Part shown: piece by piece, positions 24,141-36,555 of the stretch
How the letters are laid out: each line of letters opens with the position of its first letter
Position numbering within the stretch: the stretch's first letter is position 1
Source: Torpedo marmorata
Lineage: Eukaryota
Direction: 5' to 3'
Length of the DNA: 64,000 nucleotides
Assembly (NCBI GenBank): GCA_977017645.1
Contig: OZ360223.1
Span: 131,254,001-131,318,000, forward strand
Position numbers and translations under genes: made by a program
The notes under the pieces: model-generated
Told to the model about the DNA's origin: nothing
What the model saw: only the letters and a program-made list of their open reading frames with translations
The model's database searches: none

Positions 24141-24624
24141 TATAAGGAAATATGATACGGGATACATGGTAGAAAAGGATGAATGAGACAAACTCTAAAA
24201 CAAGTCATTGAAAGGGCTCCGATATCAAGCCTCAAATTTAAGAATGGCACTGTAATGGGTTTTTCCTGGCCTCACTGATCACACTGTAGGTAGAATGGTA
24301 AACATAGACACCATGACTGGTTCTCTTCACTCCCCACCATCTCTCAAACCTTTTTTTCTGTTGCTTTGTGGATGGTTCACACTACCAATGTCAAATCATG
24401 AAAGCAGAACTTATTTTCAAACTTCCTGCACTGTGCTGCTGTAGAGACAAATGGCACAGGTGCAGGCACAGCCACAGCTCACTGTCTTCTTATCAAAGGG
24501 TCCATTGGAGACTTACTTCCCAAGATACATGTGGAGAAGATTTGGAACATCTGGGGCTGCTCTGAGGGACACATAGGCTTCCCTCTGCTTACAGCCCTTA
24601 GCAGTAGTCCTGCGACCTTCACCA

Positions 24625-24865
24625 GCTGGGTGGCAACGCTATTACAGCGCCAGCGACCCTGGAGCTGTTTGTAAGGAGTTTGTCCATTCTCCCTGTGACC
24701 GCGTGAGTTTCCTCCCTGTGCTCCGGTTTCCTTCCACCTTCCATAAACGTACGGGGTTTGTGGGTCAATTAGTGTATTTGGACGGCACGGGTTCATGGGC
24801 TGGAAGGGCTTGTTACTGTGATGTATGTCTAAATATTTTTTAAAATTTTAAATTTAAATTTAAAA
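24625..24865 (+). mobile_element. HE1-like V-SINE with (TTTAAA)n tail
   Basis: GCAACGCTATTACAGCGCCAGCGACC head; V domain CTCCGGTTTCCTTCCAC; AT-rich tail. Confidence 0.88.
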
Positions 24866-25500
24866 TGTAACTGTAATGCGGTAGTTATGAAGCAAGAAGA
24901 TTGTCTTTTTCTAGATGGTCTCCTTTATCATTATCTTTAATAGGTCGTATTAATGCAGTTAAAATGATAATATTACCTAAATTTTTATATTTATTTCAAG
25001 CGATTCCAGTTTTCATCCCGAAATCGTTTTTTAATAATATTGACTCAGAAGTTTCTTCCTTTATTTGGAAGAACAAAAACCCTAGAATTAGTACATTTCA
25101 TTTACAAAAATTGAAAAAAGATGGAGGTATGGCCTTACCTAATTTTAGATTTTATTATTGGGCTGCTAATATTCGCCATCTAATTTTTTGGATTTTTTAT
25201 TCTGATAAATTGGATCGTCCATTATAGACAGATTTAGAATTGAAATCTATACAGCAGTATTCAGTGGCCTCTTTATTGGGTGCCTCTCTTCCATTTAGCT
25301 TTTCCAAGATCAATAGGAATATATCTAATCCAATACTCAAACATATATTGCGAATCTGGTTCCAATTTAGGAATTTTTTTTAATTTAAAAAACTCTGTCT
25401 TATCTAGTGCTATCTCTCATAATTATTTTTTTCGACCATCAATAATTGATCAATCTTTCTCTATATGGAAAATTAAAGGTTTTGTTTCTTTTGCTAATTT

Positions 25501-28500
25501 TTTTTTTTCCGAATATTTTATTTTAAATTTTAAATTTTCACACAGTAATACATACATGAATAATATACATTGTTAACTTCAGAGAAAAGTTTTATAGTTG
25601 TATTGTATTACATAGTGCATCTACCCCTTCCCTTAATACCCCCCTCAAACCCTTATAACATTTTTCAAACATTTCAAATTAAAATTATTACTTAATATTT
25701 CTAATCCCACCCTCTACCCACACCCTCCCCTTAAATTCCCTCCCCTTCCTAAAAACTAAAAAAGAAAGAAGGAAAAAGAAAGTAATATAATATTACATAA
25801 AAGACATCAGAGAATCATCAGGGAGTGCTGCGTGATGTGCTTTACAGAAACGTGGCTAAACGAGGACATTCCGGACACGGCGCTACAGCCCAAGGGCTAA
25901 ACCCTCCATCGCGCTGACTGAACACCGGCGTCTGGAAAAACTAGGGGAGGCAGCGTTTGTGTCATCATCAATTCATCGTGGTGCACAGACGTGACGGTCA
26001 TGTCCCAGTCCTGCTCCCCCGACCTGGAACATCTGGCAATCAAGTGTCGCCCATTCTATCTGCCGAGGGAGTTCACCGCCATTATCCTGGTCGCAGTGTA
26101 CATTCCGCCCCAGGCTAACGTCAGGCTGGCACTGGAAGGACTGAGCACTGTGATAAACAGCCATGAGACAGCACATCCTGATGCCTTCCTGATCATTGTG
26201 GGAGACTTCAATCAGGTCAATCGAAGAAGTCACTGACAAACTACCACCAACACATCACTTGCGAGACCAGGGGAACCAACACACTCGACCACTGCTACAC
26301 CACCGTGAAGAACGCATACCGAGCCATACCACGACCGCACTTCGGCAAGTCTGATCACCTGGCTGTACTTCTACTCCCGGCGTACAAGCAGAGACTGAAG
26401 ACCACAGCACCAGCGGTGAGGACGGCGAAAGTATGGTCGAGGGGGGCGGAGGGGCGTCTGCAGGACTGCTTTGAATCGGTGGACTGGAACATATTCAAGC
26501 ACTCAGCCATAGACCTAAATGAATATGCAACAGGTCTCACCGACTTCATCAAGACCTGCGTGGATGAGTGTGTGCCCACGCGCAAATACCGGGTGTTCCC
26601 CAACCAGAAGCCCTGGATGAATCAGAGAATTTGCAACCTGCTGAGGACGAGAACAAGGGCATTTAAGGGCAGGGACCGGGATCTTTACAAAAAGTCCAGG
26701 CACGACCTGCGGAAGGCCATCTCTAAAGCAAAGTGGCAATTCTGGAGGAAGCTAGACTCAGAGACAGATACACGCCAGCTATGGCAGGGAGTGCAGGCCA
26801 TTACAGCCTTCAAAGCGAGGGCGAACATTATAGACGGCTGTGATGCTTCACTACCCGATGAGCTGAACACCTTCTATGCCTGCTTTGAGAAGAAGACCAA
26901 AACAGTGCCTACAAGAATCCCTGAAAAGGCTGAGGACCCTGTGATATCTGTCTCTGAGGGCGACGTCAGAACATCATTCAAGAGGGTGAACCCTCGCAAG
27001 GCGTCAGGCCCTGACGGCGTACCTGGCAGGGTATTGAAAATCTGCGGCAACCAACTAGCCGGAGTGTTCACGGACATTTTCAACATCTCATTGCGGCAGT
27101 CAAAGGTTTCCACCTGTTTCAAAAAGGCATCAATCATCCCGGTACCCAAGAAGAGTAGTGTGGGCTGCCTCAACGACTACCGCCCAGTAGCACTAACTTC
27201 TACTGTGATGAAATGCTTTGAGAGGCTGGTTATGACCAGAATTAACACATACCTAAGCAAAGATGTGGAACCACTGCAATTCCCCTATCGCCACAATCGC
27301 TCCACAGCAGATGCAATATCGCTGGCTCTCCACTCAGCTCTGGAACACCTCGAAAACAGCAATTCATACATACGGTTGCTCTTCATCGACTACAGCTCGG
27401 CCTTCAATACCATTATTCCATCAGTGCTGGTCAAGAAACTACAAACTCTAGGCCTCTGTACCCCCTCTGCAACTGGATCCTTGACTTTCTCATCAGAAGA
27501 CCACAGTCAGTACGAATTGGAAACAACGTCTCCTCCTCACTGATTATCAACACAGGCGCACCCCAAGGATGCATGCTTAGTCCACTGCTCTACTCGTTGT
27601 ACACCCATGACTGTGTGGCCAGGCACAATTCCAATGCCATCTACAAGTTTGCCGATGACACCACAGTTGTCGGCAGAATCACAAACGGCAATGAGGAAGA
27701 TAGATCAGCTCGTTGAATGGTGTAATGGCAACAACCTTGAGCTCAACATCAGCAAAACCAAGGAGATGATTGTGGACTTCAGGAGGAAGTCAGGGGAACA
27801 CGAACCAGTCCTCATGGAGGGCTCAGTCGTGGAGAGGGTCAAGAACTTCAAATTCCTGGGTGACAACATCTCCGAGGATCTGTCCTGGAGCATCCACGTT
27901 GATGCAATCACAAAGAAGGCTCGTCAGCGGCTATACTTTGTGAGGTGTCTGCAGAGATTCGGTATGTCACCAAAGACTCTCGTAAACTTCTACAGGTGTA
28001 CCGTGGAGAGCATTCTGGCTGGTTGCATCACTGCCTGGTATGGAGGCGCCAACTCCCAGGACAAGAGTAAACTCCAGAGGGTTGTTAACTCGGCCTGTGA
28101 CATCACAGGCACCAAACTTCACTCCATCGAGAACATCTACATGAGGCGGTGTCTTAAAAAAGCAGCCTCTATCCTCAAAGACCCCCACCACCCAGGCCAT
28201 ACCCTCTTCACTCTGCTTCCATCGAGAAAAAGGTACAGGAGCCTAAAGTCGAGCACTCAACGGCACAAGGACAGCTTCTTCCCCGCTGCCATCAGATTCC
28301 TGAATAATCAATGAACCAAAGACGCTGCCTTACTTTTCGTGCACTATTGTTTATAATTTTTTTATAGTAATGTCGTTAGATGGTTAATATGAATGTTAAT
28401 TGCACTATGATGCTGCCGCAAAACACCGAATTTCATGACTTGTTCATGACAATAAATTCTGATTCTGATTCTGATTCTGATTCTATATAGATTGCCCGGG

Positions 28501-29016
28501 GATTCACAGTTCGACGCAAGGTTTTCAGCAGTATTTTTATTATTTAAGTTTGAGAGAGTCAGCAAGGACGAGGATATGGAATAACACATTTACATATTTA
28601 TACCTAATGTCTGGATATATGGATGCCAAATTTGCAAAAATACCCCATATTTATTTCTCATATTATATGTTATTCTTTCCAATGGAATACAACTCTGCAT
28701 CTCAGTATTCCATCTTTCCATACCTAAATTTGTATCTGACTTTCAAGTTACTGCTATACACTTCCTCGCTACCGCTAAAGCAGTTTTAACAAATTTCAAT
28801 TGATATATTGATAACTTCAATTTTGGTCTAGTTCCTTCAACATTCCCTAATAAAAATAAATCAGGGTTTTGTGGGAGTGTAACACCCGTAATTTGTTTTA
28901 ACAAGTTCCCTAATTCCACTCCCAGAATCTTTCTCAACAGCAATAATTACAGTAATACCAAAGAAAGATAGAGATCCATTGAAACCTTCATCTTATAGAC
29001 CAATTTCATTATTAAA
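25501..29016 (-). mobile_element. Short 5'-inverted L1 (related to 52543-59300), hosting a Rex1
   Basis: Poly-T and 3'UTR at 25501-25808; 3'UTR and ORF2 end at 28485-28927; sense segment 28919-29019 (LPESFSTAIITVIPKK..LLNA). TSD TGC(T/A)AATTT at 25492-25500 and 29017-29025. Confidence 0.85.
25809..28484 (+). mobile_element. Rex1/Babar LINE, nearly complete APE-RT ORF with frameshifts
   Basis: [46 protein letters not shown] and KFADDT motifs; tail TGACAATAAA(TTCTGA)4. Confidence 0.95.
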
Positions 29017-30489
29017 TGCAAATTTATTTAAGGAAGGTTGTTTAATGTCCTTTGAACAGCTTGCAAGTAAATATGACTTACCAAATACTCATTTTTTTAG
29101 ATATTTACAGATTAGAAGTATCTTAAATACCATGTTACTGGATTTTCCATTTGTATATCCACCAGATTTAGTTGATAATATTTTTCAATTGAATCCTTCT
29201 CAGAAAGGATTAATTGGAATTATATATGATAGATTATTAAAATTACATCCAGTCCTTCATGAAAAGATTAAAAAGGCTTGGGAACTGGAACTTGCAAGAC
29301 CCTTATCTGAGGATCTATGGGACAAGATTTTTAAACTGGTAAATACATCTTCTATATGTGCCCGACATTCATTAATCCAATTCAAAGTGGTGCATTGTGT
29401 TCACATGTCCAAAGATAAATTGGCTAGTATTTTTTCTAATATTAACCCTATTTGTGACAGATGCAAATCTCAAATTGCTAAATTGACACGTATGTTTTGG
29501 TCTTGTTCATCCTTAGAAAACTATTGGAAAGAAATTTTTAATATCTTTTCAACCATACTCCAGATGGAGCTATGACCCAATCCAATAACTGCTCTTTTCG
29601 GGGTTATTCACCCAGACATAGGGAGTTTTTCTGTACCTGTTCAACGGGTTGTGGCTTTCTCTACATTGATGGCTAGAAGAGCCATCCTATTCAAATGGAA
29701 AGACTCTAGACTTCCAACAGTGTTTCAAAGGTTTTCTCATATTATGTCTTGTCTAAGCTTGGAAAAATTAGATATCATGTATTTGATTCATTGGTGAAAC
29801 TTGAAGATACATGGCGACCTTTTATGTCTTATTTTCATTTCATTAGAGTAGGTTAGGTGGGGTGTTTTTTTTATATTATACTTTTGATGTTTTTTTTTTC
29901 ATTTTCACCCATTGCAGTGGAGGGGGGACTGAGTTTTTATACTGTTTGAAGTTTTATCTTGTGATATTGTATTTTCAATTTTGTTCCCTTTTCTTCATTG
30001 TATTGTATTTCTTATAAAAACCAATAAAAAAGATTGAAAAAGAAAGAAAGAAGCAGGAAGGCTCGTCCTGCTGCTGCCCCTTCTACTTTATTGCTGTATC
30101 TTGGTGCATGTGACAATAAATGAAACACCAAACACACCAGCCAAGGGTGCAGATTACTGGCTGTTGCCTCAATGCCAAAATATTCTTCCACTGACATCAC
30201 TTTCAACCTGAACAATAGCTGTTGTTTGTCAAAAAGTGAGAACAAAGTATTAGATCAAGAGATAGGGCAAGGAACGTATTTTACGATTAAAGCAATGGAA
30301 TGCCTGGAGCTGCAGAAGCAATCAGTTTTACTGCAAAGACAACATTGAGATTGGATCTTTCCCTCAGGAGATTTCCAAAGGACTTACAAAGATTTCCAGA
30401 GGAAACTTGCTCGTCAAGAATCATTTTGTTGAATATTTTTAATTCCCCTGATGAAAAACAAAATCGAGATTTTCGGTGCCTCAGCACTT

Positions 30490-30710
30490 AGAAGTGTGAC
30501 TCATGAAGTTTGAGGGGTCACATGTGACTATGGAGACGAGAGCACAAAATTCCAGGCTATCAATCCTGAGGGAGGATTGTGCTGTTGCTAAATTTTGAAA
30601 TCCCATCTATCCCCTCAAGTGGATGCAAGTACTTTGAACAGGGCAGTGGAAAATCCTCCCAGCATCTCAGCCAACATTCATCTATTCACTAACTCCACAA
30701 TAGCAGACTG
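30490..30710 (+). mobile_element. Degenerate DeuSINE remnant
   Basis: GAGCACAAAATTCCAGGCT..CTGAGGGAG..GTGGATG..GCCAACATTCATC are collinear with the recalled Deu-domain consensus. Confidence 0.5.
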
Positions 30711-30714
30711 CAGG

Positions 30715-30908
30715 AAACTTTTGCCCATATCAGAGGTAGATAAAACTAGACATAGATTTAGGGTAAGGGGTAAGAGATTTAGAAGGAATCCGAGGGGGAC
30801 CCTTTTCACCCAGAGAGTGGTGAATACCTGGAATACACTGCCTGAGTGAATGGTGAAGCAGAACTACTGACAGCATTGAGACGAGCACTTGAATGTGAGG
30901 CATAGAAG
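30715..30908 (+). mobile_element. CR1 3' fragment
   Basis: TRHRFRVRGKRFR..FTQRVVNTWNTLP. Confidence 0.8.
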
Positions 30909-30997
30909 TGCAAGTTCAAGTTTATTGTCACGTTATACCTGGTACAGTGAGAACGGTTCGTTTTGCGAGCAAGTCAGCTCTAACATGCATACAGCAT

Positions 30998-31970
30998 ATT
31001 AGCCCCCTGCTCTACTCGCTATACACCTATCACTGGGTGGCTCAATATGACAATAACACCATCTACAAACTCGTAGACGATACCACGATAGTGGGTTGTA
31101 TAAAAAGGGGCGATGAGTCAGCATACAAGAGGGAGACTGAAAACTCGGCTGAATGGTACATCACCAAAAATCTCACACTCAATGTCACCAAAACCAAGGA
31201 ACTGATTGTTGACTTCAGGAAATGAAAACCAGAGGTGTACGAACCAGTGATCATTGGGGATCAGAGGTGGAGAGGGTGAGCAAATTTAAGTTCTTGGGAG
31301 TCACTATCTCAGAGGATATTTCCTGGACCCAACACGCTAATGGCATTGTGAAGAAAGCACGTCAGCGCCTCTACTTCCTCAGGAGTTTGCGGAGGTTTGG
31401 TATGACATCAGAAACTCTGGCAAATTTCTACAGATGTGTGGTGGAAAGTGTGCTGACCGGCTGCATCACGGTCTGGTATGGGGTCACCAATACCCCCGAG
31501 CGTAAAGCCCTGCAAAAGATAGTGGACTCAGCCCAGGACATCACAGGCAAAACCCTCCCCACCATCGAGAACATCTACAGGGAACGCTGCCATCAGAGAG
31601 CAGCAGCAATCATCAAGGATCCACACCACCCAGCCCACGCTCTGTTCTCGCTGCTGCCATCAGGAAAGAGGTATAGGTGCCACAAGACTCGCACCACCAG
31701 GTTCAAGAACAGCTGCTTCCCCACCACCATCAGACTCCTCAATAACAAACTCAATGAAGGACTCATTTAAGGACTCTTAATTGTGCACTTTATTGATTTT
31801 TTTTTCTCTGTATTGCACAGTTTGTTTACATTTCTTTATTTGTGTAGAGTACAGTTTTTTTTCACTACCAATAAGTGGTAATTCTGCCTCACCTGCAGGA
31901 AAAAGAATCTCAGGGTTGTATGTGATGTCATGTATATACTCTGATAATAAATCTGAAATCTGAAATCTGA
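30998..31970 (+). mobile_element. Rex1/Babar 3' fragment (TCTGAAA-tail subfamily)
   Basis: [32 protein letters not shown]; tail TGATAATAAA(TCTGAAA)n. Confidence 0.93.
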
Positions 31971-32029
31971 CAGTACGGAATAGAAGAAAAAGAGCACAGT
32001 GTGTAGGGTTACAGTTAAAAGATCAATTA

Positions 32030-32530
32030 GCAATGGCATGATGATGTTCATTCAGGTGCCTGATGTCTGCGGGGAAGCCTGCTAGCGCATGATCTCTTGT
32101 TCTTGAACCTTCTCGCCAATGGGAGGAAGGAGAAGAGAGTGTGGCTGGGGTGTTACAAGTCCTTCAGTATGTTGGCTGTCATTCCGTGATAGCGGAAAGT
32201 GGAAAAGGAATTGATAGAGGGGAGGAAGGTTTGTGTGATGTACTGAGCTGCATTTACCTCCATCTCCAGCTTCTTCCGATGTTGGGTGGAGAAGCTCCCG
32301 TACCACACTGTCATGCATCCAGTTAAGATGCTTTCAGTGGTGTAACCATATAAGTTATTAAGTGTCATGGGAAACATGCCAAACTTCCTTAGCCTTCGAA
32401 GGAAGTATAGGCATTGTGCGCTTTCCTGACCATCATGGTTGGTCCAGTTCAGATCAGTGGAAATGTTTACTCCAAGAACTTGAAGCTCTCTACTGTCCCC
32501 ACTTCAGCGCCATTTATGTGGACAGGGGTG
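32030..32530 (-). mobile_element. Old Rex1/Babar fragment
   Basis: ESILTGCMTVWYG..AAQYITQ motif on the minus strand. Confidence 0.75.
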
Positions 32531-32754
32531 GTTTCTATGGTATTGACGGAAGAGCTGTACGTGATAAACAGTTATCTGACTTAGGTATTCTTGGTGTCCA
32601 GGTGTTCTAGGGCCAAATGGAGGGCCAGGGAGATGGCATCTGCGGTGGACATTGTTGGACAATAGGCAAGTCGAAAGTCTCGTGACACGGGGCCAAGATA
32701 ACAACCTCTCAAAATTAATAAGACAAAGGAGTTGGGTTGGGTTGGGTAACACAC

Positions 32755-33630
32755 CTGGCTGAATGGTGCACCAAAAACAACCTTGCACTCAATGTCACCA
32801 AAACTAAGGAGCTGATTGTTGACTTCAGGAAAGGAAAGCCAGAGGCAACAATCCAGTGATCTTTGGGGGATCAGAGGTGGAGAGGGTGAGCAAATTTAGG
32901 TTCTTGGGAGTCACTATCTTGGAGGATCTTTCCTGGACCCAACCCACCAATGGCATCATGAAGAAAGCACATCAGCGTCTCTACTTCCTCAGGAGTTTGC
33001 AGAGGTTTGGTATGACATCAGAAACCCTGGCAAATTTCTACAGATTTGTGGTGGAAAGTGTGCTGACCGGCTGCATCACGGTCTGGTATGGGAACACCAA
33101 TACCCTTGAGTGTAAAGCCCTCCAAAAGGTAGTGGACACAGCCCAGGGCATTACTGGCAAAACCCTCCCCACTATTGAGTACATCTACAGGGAACGCTGC
33201 CGTCAGAGGGCAGCAGCAATCATCAAAGACCCACACCACCCAGTGCACGCTCTGTTCTCGCTGCTGCTATCAGGAGAGAGGTATAGGTGCCACAAGACTC
33301 ACACCACCAGGTTTAGGAACAGCTGATACCCCTCTACCATCAGAATCCTCATCGACAAAGTCAAATCAGAGACTAATTTAAGGACTCTTACTCGTGCACT
33401 TTATTGATTTTTATTTGCTCTCTCTGTATTGTACAGTCAGTTCCATTTTCAGTTTCATTCGTTACCTGTTAGCAGTTCTTTTGATTTGTTTACATGTTTA
33501 CGCTTTGTACAGTTTACCTTTTGCACTACTAATTAGTGGTAATCCTGCTGCGCCCGCAGGAAAAAGAATCTCAGGGTTGTATGTGATGTCATGTATGTAC
33601 TCTGACAATAAATCTGAAATCTGAATCTGA
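32755..33630 (+). mobile_element. Rex1/Babar 3' fragment (same subfamily as 30998)
   Basis: High similarity to 31146-31970; same tail. Confidence 0.93.
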
Positions 33631-34160
33631 GATGATCACTGCCTTCAGGAGAGAGGGCAGAATTCACACCCCTAACCACATTAATGGTGATGAAGTCAAA
33701 AGAGTAGATAGCTTCAAGTTTTTAAGAATAAATATCTTTAATTACCTGATCTTGGATAAGCACATTGTTGCGATGGTCAAGAAAGCGCAATGAGTCAATG
33801 AGGCTTTCTCAGAAGACTCAGGAAGTTCGGTAGACCCCCTTGTCTCTCAACAACCTTTAAAGGTGCTTCATCAAAAGCATACTTATTGGATGCATCGCAG
33901 TGTGGTAGGAGAGCCATTTTGCTAAAGATCGGAAGAAGCTGAAGAAGGCAGTGAATGCAGCTCAAAACATTATGCAAATTTCCCCTCCCCCTATGGACTC
34001 TATCTACATCTCTCACTGTCTCGAAAAGGGAGCCAACATATTGAAAGACCATCACACATCAGGAAGAAAGCTTAAGAGTATGAAAGCACGCACCAGCAGG
34101 CTTAAAGACAGTTTATTCCTCACAGCCATCAGGCTCTGGCAGATTACCTGGTCATGACAC
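33630..34160 (+). mobile_element. Old Rex1/Babar fragment
   Basis: Degenerate RVDSFKFL..FLRRLRKFG..AAQNIMQ..LKDSLF. Confidence 0.7.
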
Positions 34161-34324
34161 ATTGCTGTATGCAAATTGGTCAGAGGTCTCCCTGCATCCT
34201 TTTCTTCTGCTGCATGATAAGATCATGAAAGGCATGATATTAAAGTAAATGCTATCCCACATGGGAGATAAACAAAAATGAAATATTAATGAAAAGAACA
34301 AATGGTGTAAACATGCAATGTCTG

Positions 34325-34607
34325 AAATTAAATTTAAATTTAAAGTTAGACATACATTTTAAAATTTAGACAAACAGCACGGTGACAGGCCATTTCGGCC
34401 CACGAGCCTGTGCCGCCCAATTACACTCAATTAACCTACAACCCCCGGTACGTTTCAAATGGTGAGAGGAAACCCGTGTCCCCGGAGGAAACCCACGCAG
34501 ACACTGGGAGAAAGTACAAACTCCTTACAGACAGCGTGGGATTCGAACCCCAGTCCCAATTGCTGGCGCTATAACAGCGTTGCGCTAACCGCTATGTTAA
34601 CCGTGCC
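34325..34607 (-). mobile_element. HE1-like V-SINE, near full length
   Basis: Antisense B box GGGATTCGAACCC and A box GCGCTAACCGCT; V domain; (AAATTT)n tail. Confidence 0.9.
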
Positions 34608-34809
34608 TTTCAAATTGAATCCATACATCTAACCAATGCTCTTTGAGGTCTAGATTACACAGGCTGGCTAATTGATATCAGATATTTTCTAAAATGGAAA
34701 AGAGATTCCACCCAAAAATGATTCAGTTCAAATCCGATGAGTAGTCAAGATAATTCTCTACATAAGTCATTGAAAATGGTAAAGCATGTTATAGAATGGA
34801 TGAGTAAAA

Positions 34810-36555
34810 AACATAGAATATACAATAGCACAGCATAGGAACAGGCCCTTTGACTCACCATCTCAGTGCTATGACAGCAATTTAAAATAATCCCATCTGC
34901 CAGCACATGGCCTATATCCCTCCATACCCTGCATGCATTGCTAATGTGTCTGCTTCCACCAGCTTCGCAGTGCATTCCAGGCATCTACCACTCCCTGTGT
35001 AAAAAAATTGCCTTGCAAATCTCCTTTAAACTTTTCCTCTCTCACCTTAAACCTATGGTCCCTCGCATTTGACATTTCCACCCTGGGAAGACTCTGGCTA
35101 TCTCTGCTTCTCCTAATTTTATAATCTTCTGTCAGGTCTCCCCTCAACTTCTGATGCTCCAAAGTAAACAATCCAAGTTTGTCCAACCTCTCCTTACTTT
35201 CTAATCCAGGTAACATCCCAATGAACCTCTTCTGCACCCTCAACAAAGCCTCCACATCCAACAAGTAAAGCTGTGACCAGAACTGCATGCAATACTCCAA
35301 ATGTGGCTGAACGAAAGTGTGAGGAAGCGAACAGGAGTGAGATAGATCAACTAGTTGAGTGGTGTCACAACAACAACTTTGCACTCTATGTTAGCAAATC
35401 TAAGGAATTGATTGTGGACTTCAGGAAAGGGAAAGCAGGAGAACACAAACCAGTCCTCATCGAGGGATCAGTAGCAGAGAGGATAAAGAACTTCAAATTC
35501 CTCATTGTGAACATCTCTGGTGATCTATCCTGGGGCCATGTCGATGCAATCATGAAGAAGGCTCTCCAGTGGCTATACTTTGTAGGAGTTTGAGGAGATT
35601 TGGTATGTCACCAAAGACTTGCAAATTTCTACAGGTGTAAAGTGGAGAGCGTTCTGACTGGTTGCATCACTGTCTGGTATGAAGGTGCCAATGCACAGGA
35701 CAGGAAAAGGCTACAGAGAGTTGTGAACTCAGCCAACGTCATCATGGGCAATAAGGCTCCACTCCATCTAGGACATCTACAAGAGGCGGTGTCTCAAGAA
35801 AGCAGCCTCATCATCAAGGACCCCCCCCCCCCCACCCAGGCCATGCCCTCTTCTCATTGCTACCATCAGGAAGGAGGTACAAGAGCCTGAAGACAAACAC
35901 CCAATGGTACAAACACAGTTTCTTCCCCTCTGCCATCAGATTTCTGAATGGACAATGAACCACAGGCATTACCTTACTTTTTCTCTTCTTTTGCACTAAT
36001 TTATTTTTTTAATGTAATTTATAGCAATTTTTGCACCTGTAATACTGCCGCAAAACAACGGATTTCGTGACATGTTCATGACAATAAATTCTGATTCTGA
36101 TACAGCTGCAACATGACTTGCCAATCTTTATACTGAATACCCTGACCGATGAAGGCAAGCATCTTTACCCTCTATCCTCCTGTGCTGCCACTTTCAGGGA
36201 GTTATGGATGTGCCAGAAGGCCTCTCTGGACATCAATGCTCCTAATGATCCAGCCATTCTCCACATATTTTCCTCTTACATTTGACCTCCCAAAGTGCAA
36301 TGCCTCACATTTGTCCAGATTAAACTCCTTTTGCCATTTGTCTGCCCAAATTTCCATTGATCTATATCCTGCTGTACCCTATGACAATCTACCTTAATAT
36401 ATATCACTAACAACAGAGATCCTAGCTCAGATGCCTGCAGAATGTCACTGGTCACAGACCTCCAGTCAAAATAACATCCCTCCACCACAACCCTCTGTCT
36501 TCTATGGCCAAGTCAATTTTGAATCTAATCTACCAAGTCACCGTGGATCCCATGT
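34810..36555 (-). mobile_element. CR1 3' part, interrupted by Rex1 at 35320-36100
   Basis: PHLEYCMQFWS..FFTQGVVDAWNAL, and HGIHGDLVD..VEGCYFDWRSVTS further upstream. Confidence 0.85.
35320..36100 (+). mobile_element. Rex1/Babar 3' fragment (TTCTGA-tail subfamily)
   Basis: [21 protein letters not shown]; tail TGACAATAAATTCTGATTCTGA, as at 28447. Confidence 0.9.

Larger units (their letters stand above)
24900..30049 (+). mobile_element. 5'-truncated L1 (second lineage), split by a nested L1 and Rex1 at 25501-29016
   Basis: GRINAVKMIILPKFLYLFQ...KGFVSFAN | LFKEGCLMSFEQ...CDRC..WSC. Tail AATAAAAAAGATTGAAAAAGAAAG. Probable TSD GAAGCA(A/G)GAAG at 24889-24899 and 30050-30060. Confidence 0.88.

Noticed and set aside
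28979-29575. 198-aa ORF that looks like a shortened L1 ORF2
   Set aside because: A chance in-frame fusion of the inverted L1 piece with the host L1 across a TSD; starts at TTG.
30388-30447. 60-bp minus-strand exon candidate (GELKIFNKMILDEQVSSGNL) with good splice sites
   Set aside because: Unrecognised peptide, opposite strand to the other candidates, and such sites are expected by chance in 64 kb.
34530-34607. tRNA gene
   Set aside because: The A/B boxes belong to a V-SINE head continuous with the V domain and CR1 tail.
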